The notes: generated by a model not told the origin, from the letters alone. A stretch of DNA of 24,000 nucleotides from Candidatus Nanohaloarchaea archaeon (GCA_042217585.1 JBDGSJ010000011.1:14228-38227); one strand, 5' to 3'; shown: positions 7,127 through 13,927, counted from the first letter of the stretch. Made by a program: numbers and translations.

Positions 7127-8098
7127 TCACCTCTCGATGTGTGTTATCTCGGGGTTTCCTGGGCTTCCGTCCTTCCTGAGGGCTGTTCTAAGCCTGATAA
7201 GTCTCTTGGACGGTCCCGGGACCGATCCCTTGATTATTATGTAGTTGCTTTTGACCTCTCCGTACTTGTTGAATCCTCCGTCCCTCTGGACCTCTTCCGG
7301 GTCCTCCCCGTATCCGAGGATCCTCTTGTTCTCGTCGGTCCGGTTGTTGAAACCTTCCTGTCCGGGAAGCGGGACCTTCCAGGACAGCGTGTCGGGGTGC
7401 CACGGTCCGACGTTTCCTGCCTTCCTCTCCTTCTTCTGCGTCTTGTGGGAGAGCGTCTTGATCCCGTATCTCTGGACGGGTCCTTCAGTACCTTTTCCTT
7501 TCGTGACAGCGATGACGTCCGAGTAATCCCCCTCGTCGAACACGTCGGAGAACTCGATCTCCTTCCCGATCATCTCCTCGGCGTACTCGAGCTGGTCCTC
7601 GACGTCGCCGCCGAGACCGATCTCGAAGTTCTCCGGCTTCTTCCTGGAGATCCCTGCCTCGGAGGGCTGGGTGTGGACCAGGAGCCGGACCTCCTCGAGG
7701 TCCTCGACGTTCTCCTTCGCCTTCTCCAGGTTCTCCATGTTGCCCTCCTTCGGTATGTCGGTCGCTCTCTGGAGCTCTTTCGCCGGGCTCTCGGTCCAGG
7801 CCTCGGTGAAGACCTGCTTCCCGGAGTTGAGGTCCTCCGTGTAGAACCGTGCCCCGTAGACCCTGAGGGGCGGTGCTTCAAGTATCGTTACGGCTTCGGC
7901 CACCTCCTGTCCCCTGGTCGCTCCTTCAGTGTCGTCGACCATGAGGACCCTGCTCATTCCGACCTTGTAGCCTGCGTATCCGAGTGGTTTGAGTTCGTCT
8001 GTGTCTTCCCATGTTCTTACGTCTGGGTAGATCCTCTCCGCCCGTACCTTGGGCTTCGTACCCAGCGATCCGCTTCTTGACCTGTGTTTCTTTACCAT
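7127..8098 (-). CDS. rpl3: 50S ribosomal protein uL3 (L3)
   Basis: 323 aa. Contains LGYAGYKVGMSRVLMVDD, AVTKGKGTEGPVQRYG and GPWHPDTLSWKVPLPGQEGFNNRT. It is the first gene of the cluster. Confidence 0.95.
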   Translation of the reverse strand: MVKKHRSRSGSLGTKPKVRAERIYPDVRTWEDTDELKPLGYAGYKVGMSRVLMVDDTEGATRGQEVAEAVTILEAPPLRVYGARFYTEDLNSGKQVFTEAWTESPAKELQRATDIPKEGNMENLEKAKENVEDLEEVRLLVHTQPSEAGISRKKPENFEIGLGGDVEDQLEYAEEMIGKEIEFSDVFDEGDYSDVIAVTKGKGTEGPVQRYGIKTLSHKTQKKERKAGNVGPWHPDTLSWKVPLPGQEGFNNRTDENKRILGYGEDPEEVQRDGGFNKYGEVKSNYIIIKGSVPGPSKRLIRLRTALRKDGSPGNPEITHIER

Positions 8099-8227
8099 TT
8101 GTGTGTTTCACCCATAGGCCTCGAAAGAGGCGTCCAGTGATGCGCGTCTCTGCGACGCTCCCAGAGGCCTCAACCGAGGCTTGGACCCCCAAGAACTTGA
8201 GGGTAAGAAAGAAGTCGGGATGAACTC

Positions 8228-8235
8228 TTATAAAT
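8228..8235 (-). promoter_or_regulatory. Putative TATA box of the uL3 ribosomal-protein operon
   Basis: The reverse strand reads CCATTTATAAGAG. It is the only strong TATA-like element between the upstream ORF stop (8250) and the uL3 start (8098). It implies a ~105-nt 5' leader. Confidence 0.4.
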
Positions 8236-8249
8236 GGGGTGTCGGTGGT

Positions 8250-8441
8250 TCAGTGGTGTTCGAGGACCTTATCGACGAGGTCCCTGAACTCCTCCATGTC
8301 CTTCACCAATTCCCGTATCTCCTGTCTGGAGTGGTCGTCGAGCAGGAGATCGGCCTCTTCCTCGACCATGGTCTCTATCTCTCCCTTCTCCCTGTGGGAG
8401 CGGAGGAACTCGTCCTCAACGTCTTCAAGACTCATGTCCAT
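8250..8441 (-). CDS. Hypothetical small acidic protein (63 aa)
   Basis: MDMSLEDVEDEFLRSHREKGEIETMVEEEADLLLDDHSRQEIRELVKDMEEFRDLVDKVLEHH. Its composition matches the acidic proteome here, unlike the overlapping plus-strand ORFs. It lies 25 nt downstream of rtcB on the same strand. No clear SD and no recognisable domain. Confidence 0.45.
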   Translation of the reverse strand: MDMSLEDVEDEFLRSHREKGEIETMVEEEADLLLDDHSRQEIRELVKDMEEFRDLVDKVLEHH

Positions 8442-8466
8442 GTCTGCGGGATGAAGAGGTTTATCT

Positions 8467-9882
8467 CTATCCCTTGACGTTGACTACCGGCCTCATCCTC
8501 GCGACTTTCTCACCTATCCCGAGCTCGTCTGAGACCTGTATGACCTCGTCGACGTCCTTGTACGCGCCGGGAGCCTCCTCGGCGATCGTGGAGCCCGAGG
8601 CCGCCTTGACGTATATCTCGTCGCGCTCCAGCTCCTTCTTCACGTCGCCTCCCCAGTAGTCCTCCTTGGCCTGGGTCCGGGACATCAGCCTGCCGGCGCC
8701 GTGAGCGGTCGAGCCGAAGGACAGGTCCAGCGACTTCTCTCCTCCCCTGAGAATGTAGGAAGAGGTCCCCATGCTTCCGGGTATCAGGACCGGCTGTCCG
8801 ACATCGCGGTAGGCCTCCGGCACTTCCTCTCTTCCTGCGGGAAACGCTCTGGTCGCTCCCTTCCTGTGGACCAGGAGCTCCTTCTCCTCGCCGTCGACCT
8901 CGTGGGTCTCCTCCTTCGCGATGTTGTGGCAGACATCGTAGAGCAGTTCGGTCTCGACCCCGTCGAATATAGTGTCGAGGCATTCCCGGACCCCCTGTGT
9001 TATGGCCTGGCGGTTCGCCCAGGCGTAGTTCGCGGCGGCGTACATCGCATCGCGGTAGTCCTCCGCCAGTCTGTCCCCGATCGGGGCGTAGATCAGCTCC
9101 TTGTCCGGTATCTTCTCGACTACCTCCGGGTATTCCTTCTCGAACTTTCTCAGGTAGTCCGTGCAGGTCTGGTGGCCCAGCCCACGGGAGCCGGAGTGTA
9201 TCATTATCACTATCTGGTCTTCTTCAAGCCCGTACTCCTCCGCCACGTCCGAGTAAACGTCTGAGACGCGCTGGACCTCCAGGAAGTGGTTGCCGGAGCC
9301 GAGGGATCCGACCTGTCCGACGCCGCGGTCCTTTGCGTCGTCCGGGACCTTTTCCGGGTCCCCGGGAAGCCTGCCATTCTCCTCGCAGTTCTCGAGGTCG
9401 GACTCCTTCGCGTGACCGTTTTCGAGCATCCATTCGGCGCCCCTCTCCAGTATCTCCTCGAGGTCCTCCCTGTCGGTGTCGATGTATCCTCCCTTGCCGA
9501 GGCCGCACGGTATCTTGCTGAAAAGTATGTTGGCGAGCTGCTGCTCTCTTCCGCGGACGTCCTCGTACTTCAGGTCCGTCTTGAGGACCCTGACTCCGCA
9601 GTTGATGTCGTAGCCGATCCCTCCCGGGCTTATAACCCCGTTCTCGTTGTCGACCGCGGCGACCCCGCCTATAGGAAAGCCGTACCCCTGGTGGCCGTCA
9701 GGCATCACTATCGAGTACTTCTGTATCCCGGGGAGCGTCGCGACGTTCTTCACCTGCTCCAGGGTATTGTCGCCTTTTATTTCCTCAAGAAGTTCTTCGT
9801 TCGCGTAGACCCGTGCCGGGACCTCCATGTCGCCCTCGCGCGGGATCTGGTAGATGTTGCCGGATACCTTTTCCAGTTCCAT
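8467..9882 (-). CDS. rtcB: RNA-splicing ligase RtcB (3'-phosphate RNA ligase)
   Basis: 471 aa with the RtcB metal- and GTP-binding motifs: HQGYGFPIGGVAA, GYDINCGVR, GSGNHFLE, HSGSRGLGHQ, CHNIA, HRKGATRAF, IPGSMGTSSY, STAHGAGR. The length is normal, so there is no intein. Confidence 0.95.
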   Translation of the reverse strand: MELEKVSGNIYQIPREGDMEVPARVYANEELLEEIKGDNTLEQVKNVATLPGIQKYSIVMPDGHQGYGFPIGGVAAVDNENGVISPGGIGYDINCGVRVLKTDLKYEDVRGREQQLANILFSKIPCGLGKGGYIDTDREDLEEILERGAEWMLENGHAKESDLENCEENGRLPGDPEKVPDDAKDRGVGQVGSLGSGNHFLEVQRVSDVYSDVAEEYGLEEDQIVIMIHSGSRGLGHQTCTDYLRKFEKEYPEVVEKIPDKELIYAPIGDRLAEDYRDAMYAAANYAWANRQAITQGVRECLDTIFDGVETELLYDVCHNIAKEETHEVDGEEKELLVHRKGATRAFPAGREEVPEAYRDVGQPVLIPGSMGTSSYILRGGEKSLDLSFGSTAHGAGRLMSRTQAKEDYWGGDVKKELERDEIYVKAASGSTIAEEAPGAYKDVDEVIQVSDELGIGEKVARMRPVVNVKG

Positions 9883-9922
9883 GAATCCAGTATGCGGATG
9901 AATCTTTACAAAAGCGCACGGC

Positions 9923-10333
9923 TCATATGTCGAGGACTGCCTCCAGGGTCCAGACGCCGTCGCCGTAGTCCACCTTCATCTCGTTGTAGGTCGGGCCCTT
10001 GATGTCGAGAAGGGACATACCCGACGTTATGTTGTCGACGAGGACCGTGGCCTCCAGCCTGTAACCGGAGCCGGTCTCCTCGACGGCGAGGTCCTTCACG
10101 TTCCCCACCGCGACGTTCTCTGTGTCCTGGAGGTAGATGAGGCGGTCCAGGAAGTCGAAGAGCAGTGCCTCCAGACCCTCGGATTCGACCTCGACCTGGT
10201 GGCGGTACATGCCTCCCGCGCCGCCGACTATCTCGGAGAAGGCGTGGACCACCTCGGAGAAGACCTCTTCGAGGTCCTCCCCGGAAGCCCTGAACTTCTC
10301 GTCTGCCGCGTGTTCAAGTATCTCGTAACTCAC
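9923..10333 (-). CDS. Archease (RtcB activator)
   Basis: 136 aa. YEILEHAADEKFRASGEDLEEVFSEVVHAFSEIV is the archease N-terminal signature (HTADxxxxxxG). The start codon is GTG. It lies immediately upstream of rtcB on the same strand. Confidence 0.9.
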   Translation of the reverse strand: MSYEILEHAADEKFRASGEDLEEVFSEVVHAFSEIVGGAGGMYRHQVEVESEGLEALLFDFLDRLIYLQDTENVAVGNVKDLAVEETGSGYRLEATVLVDNITSGMSLLDIKGPTYNEMKVDYGDGVWTLEAVLDI

Positions 10334-10384
10334 TCTGCTCCACAGGAAACTGAGTGGTCTCGGAGGATTTTAATCTTCGGATTA

Positions 10385-10999
10385 TCATCCATACCTCTCT
10401 GGGAACTTTTTCTCCAGGACTTTGCCCACGAGACGGTTCTGGTCATCCACGCCTAAATCAGTGTTGTCCACGATCAGGTCGTAGATCTCGAGATCGGAGA
10501 GGTCTATCCCGTAGTAGTCCTCGTAGCGCCGTGCGTTGTCCTCGTCACGTTTCCTCATCTTCTGCTTCAGGGCCTCGAGGTCGGATACCTCTTCCTCCGC
10601 CTCGCGGCCTTCTCCCTCGTAGTCATACATCACCCGGCGGGCTCTCTCCTCGAGGTCCGCCTCGAGCCGTATCCTGAGGTCCGAGTAGCTCCCGAGTATC
10701 CACGAAGGGAGCCTGCCCTCTATCACGCAGGACTCCTCCAGTCCTTTCTCGAGCGTCCGGCGGTCCACCTCTACGTCGACCTCCTTCCCCGCCTTCTCGG
10801 AGAGCTCCTCGACCGTCATACCGCGGTCCGCGGCTATGGACCTGAAGAAGTCGCCGGCGGAGTAACACGGCAGGTCGAGCTCATCTGCGATGTGTTCAGC
10901 GAGCGTTCCCTTACCTGCACCGGAGACGCCGTCCACCGTGACCACGAGGTCCGAGTCCTTCTCCCGGTCGTCCCGGAACTCCTCGACGTAGCTCTCCAT
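10385..10999 (-). CDS. cmk: Cytidylate (CMP) kinase, archaeal type
   Basis: It has a P-loop (VDGVSGAGKGTLAEHIA) followed by SAGDFFRSIAADRGMTVEELS, DRRTLE, IEGRLPSW and RRYEDYYGIDLSDLEIYDLIVDNT. This follows the archaeal CMP kinase family pattern. A TATA-like GAGTTAAAACC lies ~25 nt upstream, consistent with a leaderless mRNA. Confidence 0.85.
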   Translation of the reverse strand: MESYVEEFRDDREKDSDLVVTVDGVSGAGKGTLAEHIADELDLPCYSAGDFFRSIAADRGMTVEELSEKAGKEVDVEVDRRTLEKGLEESCVIEGRLPSWILGSYSDLRIRLEADLEERARRVMYDYEGEGREAEEEVSDLEALKQKMRKRDEDNARRYEDYYGIDLSDLEIYDLIVDNTDLGVDDQNRLVGKVLEKKFPERYG

Positions 11000-11101
11000 G
11001 TACTGGAGTTCAGCGGAGAGGTTTTAACTCTAACCCACTGTGGCGGAACTTCCGGAAAAGACCCTCCAGAGGTTTTGAAGGAGGTGAACTCATCACAGTT
11101 C

Positions 11102-12175
11102 ATGTCGGGGACCGCGGACCTTCCTCTCCACGGCGGCAGCGCGCCGGCATGGCTTTTCCAGAGGATGGAGGACCTGGGCGGCGCGATCTCCGAGCTGATA
11201 GTCCGTGAGTATGGGAGGGATGAGTACCTGGAGCGGCTCTCCGACCCCTACTGGTTCCAGGCGTTCGGCTGTGTCCTTGGCTTCGACTGGCACTCCTCGG
11301 GACTGACGACCACGACGATGGGAGCGCTGAAGGAGGCTCTGGACCTCGGTGAGCTCGGTGTCGCGGTCGCCGGCGGGAAAGGGAAAAACGCGTGGAGGAC
11401 CACGGAGGAACTGGAGGAGTCCGTGACGGGGACCTCGGACCTTGAGCGGTTGAAGGAGGCCAGCAGGACCAGTGCGTCGGTGGACGGCTCCTGTGTCCAG
11501 GACGGTCACGAACTGTATCACCACACCCTGATCTTCTCCGAGGACGGTGAGTGGACCGTGGTCCAGCAGGGGATGAGCGACGAATACGCCCGGAGGTACC
11601 ACTGGAGCTCGCTCGATGACCCGGGTTTCCTGGACGACCCGCAGTCGGGGATTGCCGCGATGGAGAGGAGAGGCGAGGTCCTGGATCTCTCATCCAGGGG
11701 ATCAAGGGAGACCAGGCAGGTGTCGCTGGACCTTGTCAGGGACGATCCAGCACACCTGGAACGTTACGTGAAAAAACAGAGCACCCTGGAGGATTTCACG
11801 GGGAAGGAGCTGAAGATGCCGGACCATCACCGACTGAAGCTGGAGGACCTGTCGACACGGTCGATACGACAGCTCGAGAGGGCGTACGAGGAGGACCCGG
11901 AGGACTACGAGGAACTCCTGAAGACTGACGGCGTCGGGAAGAAATCGCTCAGGGCTCTGGCGCTGATAGCGGAGCTGGTCCACGGCTCTGAGAGCTCGTG
12001 GGAGGACCCCGCAAAGTACTCGTACGCCCACGGAGGGAAGGACGGCACCCCTTACCCCGTGGACCGGGAGAGGTACGACAGGTCCATAGAGGAGCTGGAG
12101 AACGCGGTACGGGAGAAGGTCGACGGGAAGGAGGAGAGGAAGGCGCTGGAGAGGCTCGGAGATCTCCGCAGTTAG
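11102..12175 (+). CDS. DUF763 family protein (conserved archaeal/bacterial protein of unknown function)
   Basis: The ORF track gives 10892..12175, but the first 70 codons overlap cmk antisense. ATG at 11102 is preceded by GGAGGTGA. TADLPLHGGSAPAWLFQRM...LSDPYWFQAFGCVLGFDWHSSGLTTTTMGALKEAL and YAHGGKDGTPYPVDR match my recollection of the DUF763 (PF05559) conserved blocks. Confidence 0.75.
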   Translation: MSGTADLPLHGGSAPAWLFQRMEDLGGAISELIVREYGRDEYLERLSDPYWFQAFGCVLGFDWHSSGLTTTTMGALKEALDLGELGVAVAGGKGKNAWRTTEELEESVTGTSDLERLKEASRTSASVDGSCVQDGHELYHHTLIFSEDGEWTVVQQGMSDEYARRYHWSSLDDPGFLDDPQSGIAAMERRGEVLDLSSRGSRETRQVSLDLVRDDPAHLERYVKKQSTLEDFTGKELKMPDHHRLKLEDLSTRSIRQLERAYEEDPEDYEELLKTDGVGKKSLRALALIAELVHGSESSWEDPAKYSYAHGGKDGTPYPVDRERYDRSIEELENAVREKVDGKEERKALERLGDLRS

Positions 12176-12212
12176 GCCCTGCTTTTATCTCTTGAGCCGA
12201 AAACTGTTTTCT

Positions 12213-12824
12213 ATGGCGAAGATAGACGAAAGCCTGGAAGAGCTCTCCCGGATGTACTCGCTGGTCGGAGGAGACCGGTTCGAGACCTGGTGGAGGACGA
12301 AGGAGAACGAGGGACTGCACGAGATAGCGATGCATCTCTCCGAGGAGTCGGAGAGCACCATGGAGGGGAGGAACGCGGAGATGGCGATACTTGACTACTG
12401 GGACCTCCTTGAGGACGAGGGATTGATGGAGAACGGGATGCTCACGGAGACAGGCGAGAACTGGGCTTCAAGGACCGAGACCGGTATTATACAGATCTAC
12501 GAGTCCGACATGGTATCCTACGACGCGGAGGGTGAACCAGGGGACGGCGCCTTCTACCCGGACGACCTCAGGTCCATCGGCGGGATATACGGAGTCCTCG
12601 GCACCCCTGGAGCGCTCCAGGTGATGACCGCGGCGGTCAACGACGAGTTAGAGGAGATCGATCCATACCCCGACGCCACTGAGGTCCTCGGGAGGAACGG
12701 CTTCCTCGACGACGAAGCATACCGGAGAGGAGAGACGGTCCTCGATGAGAGCGCCGAGGACCTGTACAGGCGGCTGGTGGACGGGGAAGGCGGCGACTAC
12801 AGGTGGGCGAGAGAAAACCTTTGA
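12213..12824 (+). CDS. Hypothetical acidic protein (203 aa)
   Basis: ORF 12192..12824. I prefer ATG at 12213 because TATA-like CTTTTATC (12182-12189) sits ~27 nt upstream, consistent with a leaderless mRNA. The composition is acidic and typical of the host. I recognise no domain. Confidence 0.6.
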   Translation: MAKIDESLEELSRMYSLVGGDRFETWWRTKENEGLHEIAMHLSEESESTMEGRNAEMAILDYWDLLEDEGLMENGMLTETGENWASRTETGIIQIYESDMVSYDAEGEPGDGAFYPDDLRSIGGIYGVLGTPGALQVMTAAVNDELEEIDPYPDATEVLGRNGFLDDEAYRRGETVLDESAEDLYRRLVDGEGGDYRWARENL

Positions 12825-12840
12825 AAGAAAGAATTTGGAG

Positions 12841-12872
12841 CGCGGAACACAGGATTCGAACTCGAATCCTGT
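12841..12872 (-). other. Orphan tRNA 3'-end-like fragment (T-arm + acceptor 3' strand) forming a perfect 11-bp palindrome
   Basis: The reverse strand reads ACAGG-AUUCGAG-UUCGAAU-CCUGU-GUUCCGC-G. Without the 7-nt AUUCGAG this is a textbook T-arm plus a 7-nt acceptor strand plus a discriminator. The plus strand 12849-12872 is the palindrome acaggattcga-ac-tcgaatcctgt. No D-arm, anticodon arm or 5' acceptor strand is present. Confidence 0.5.
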
Positions 12873-12897
12873 TCGAGCACTCATTCATGCGAAAGAG

Positions 12898-13003
12898 CGC
12901 GGAGCGCGGGATTTGAACCCGCGTCATCACCGATGCTGCCCACCAACATGATGTTTAAGTGGTTGACAGGGTGATATGATGGGCCAGACTACACCAGCTC
13001 CGC
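12898..13003 (-). tRNA. tRNA-Asp (anticodon GUC) with a ~31-nt intron after position 37
   Basis: The reverse strand reads GCGGAGC-UG-GUGU-AGUCUGGCCCA-UCAU-A-UCACC-CUGUCA-[intron 12963..12933]-C-GGUGA-UGAC-GCGGG-UUCAAAU-CCCGC-GCUCCGC-G. The 7-bp acceptor stem is fully Watson-Crick, and the T-arm and anticodon stem are canonical. U33 is present and the GUC anticodon lies at 12967-12965. The GGUGUAGUCUGGCC..AUCAU D-region is typical of archaeal tRNA-Asp. CCA is not encoded. Confidence 0.85.
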
Positions 13004-13026
13004 ATCTTACACGACATGAAGAGAGG

Positions 13027-13041
13027 TTTAATTTTTTAAAA
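13027..13041 (-). promoter_or_regulatory. Putative TATA/A+T-rich promoter of tRNA-Asp
   Basis: The reverse strand reads TTTTAAAAAATTAAA and ends ~23 nt upstream of tRNA position +1 (13003). Confidence 0.45.
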
Positions 13042-13086
13042 CTACACCGACTCCCTGGTATCGCCAGAAAAAGTTTTTCAGGCAGC

Positions 13087-13827
13087 CTAAAGGTTCTTTC
13101 TCTTCGGATTTCGGGGATTGATTTCTGAACAGAACTTTTCTGCCATAGAGCCAGAAATCCTGACCTTGTACATGGTCTCCCATTCACTACAGGAAGGTTT
13201 TTCACTGTAGCAGGTATGCTGAATTTCTTTACGGGAGAGCGCCCTCGAAAAGTCATTTCGAAGCGATCGACTTATGGTTCCGTAGATGTATCTCCGGAAT
13301 TTCTTCTCCCGGTAGCCATCGGTGTCGATCAGGCCCCGCAGGAAACCCTCTCTGAATGACTCGTTCTGCGGTCCATCCAGGCAGACCGTTCCTGTTTTCG
13401 ACCCCTCTTCCCAGCTGAGCCTTGATTTAAGGAACCTGTAGAGGGAGCGAGAGTAGTAGTCGAGGACAGCCCTGTTAGCGTCCGGATTTCTGTAAACTCT
13501 TGGCTCCTTTCCCAGAACATCTTCAAGAAACCCTGAAAGCTTCCTCCAGTACTCCTCCGAATTATTCAGGTAAAACCGAATCCTGTAGTGGCCGCTTGAA
13601 TCGGTATGGGCATTGCCATCGCCGGCAAAAACTCCACAGAGCTCCCCTCTTGTTTCGTCATCATCGGGAAGACTGACCGAGCACCTCTTCTGCTTCTGAC
13701 CCACCTCTTTCCTGAAGTGGTAGTAAACAGTTGATTTTGGTATGCTCATGGACTCAGAGATCTCATTGACCGACCGTCCCTCTCTGGCGAGCTCTTTTAT
13801 CCTTTTGATGTCTTCTTCTGCCGGCAT
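13087..13827 (-). CDS. Free-standing HTH + double-motif LAGLIDADG homing-endonuclease-like protein
   Basis: 246 aa. The N-terminus has a helix-turn-helix (IKRIKELAREGRSVNEISESMSIPKSTVYYHFRK). Two LAGLIDADG motifs lie ~95 aa apart (GELCGVFAGDGNAH and FLRGLIDTDGYRE). GC content is ~43-48% by hand count of three 60-nt lines, against ~60% in neighbouring genes. A TATA-like GATTTAACTTG lies ~28 nt upstream. Confidence 0.8.
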   Translation of the reverse strand: MPAEEDIKRIKELAREGRSVNEISESMSIPKSTVYYHFRKEVGQKQKRCSVSLPDDDETRGELCGVFAGDGNAHTDSSGHYRIRFYLNNSEEYWRKLSGFLEDVLGKEPRVYRNPDANRAVLDYYSRSLYRFLKSRLSWEEGSKTGTVCLDGPQNESFREGFLRGLIDTDGYREKKFRRYIYGTISRSLRNDFSRALSRKEIQHTCYSEKPSCSEWETMYKVRISGSMAEKFCSEINPRNPKRKNL

Positions 13828-13927
13828 AATTTCTCAGACAGGCCAGGCAAGTTAAATCCATGGACTTTCGCCAGAACGAGATTTTGCCCCCCTTACTTAA
13901 TTACTGTTCAGGCAGAATCGGAAGTAC

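Noticed and set aside
8467-9882. A possible intein in RtcB, since archaeal rtcB genes sometimes host inteins with LAGLIDADG domains.
   Set aside because: The protein is 471 aa with all conserved RtcB blocks contiguous and no inserted Hint or endonuclease segment.
10892-11101. An N-terminal 70-codon extension of the DUF763 ORF as listed in the ORF track.
   Set aside because: The extension overlaps the 5' end of cmk on the opposite strand and the shared promoter region. The conserved DUF763 N-terminus (TADLPLHGG) starts right after ATG 11102, which has a GGAGGTGA ribosome-binding site.
12826-12897. A possible second complete tRNA gene, or a tRNA-Glu-like anticodon loop (CUUUCGC), immediately downstream of tRNA-Asp.
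   Set aside because: I could not build a cloverleaf. There is no 5' acceptor strand complementary to GUUCCGC outside tRNA-Asp itself and no D-arm. The candidate anticodon hairpins (GCAU/GUGC, CUCGA/UCGAG) lack U33 and proper 7-nt loops. I therefore report only the T-arm/acceptor fragment as an orphan piece.
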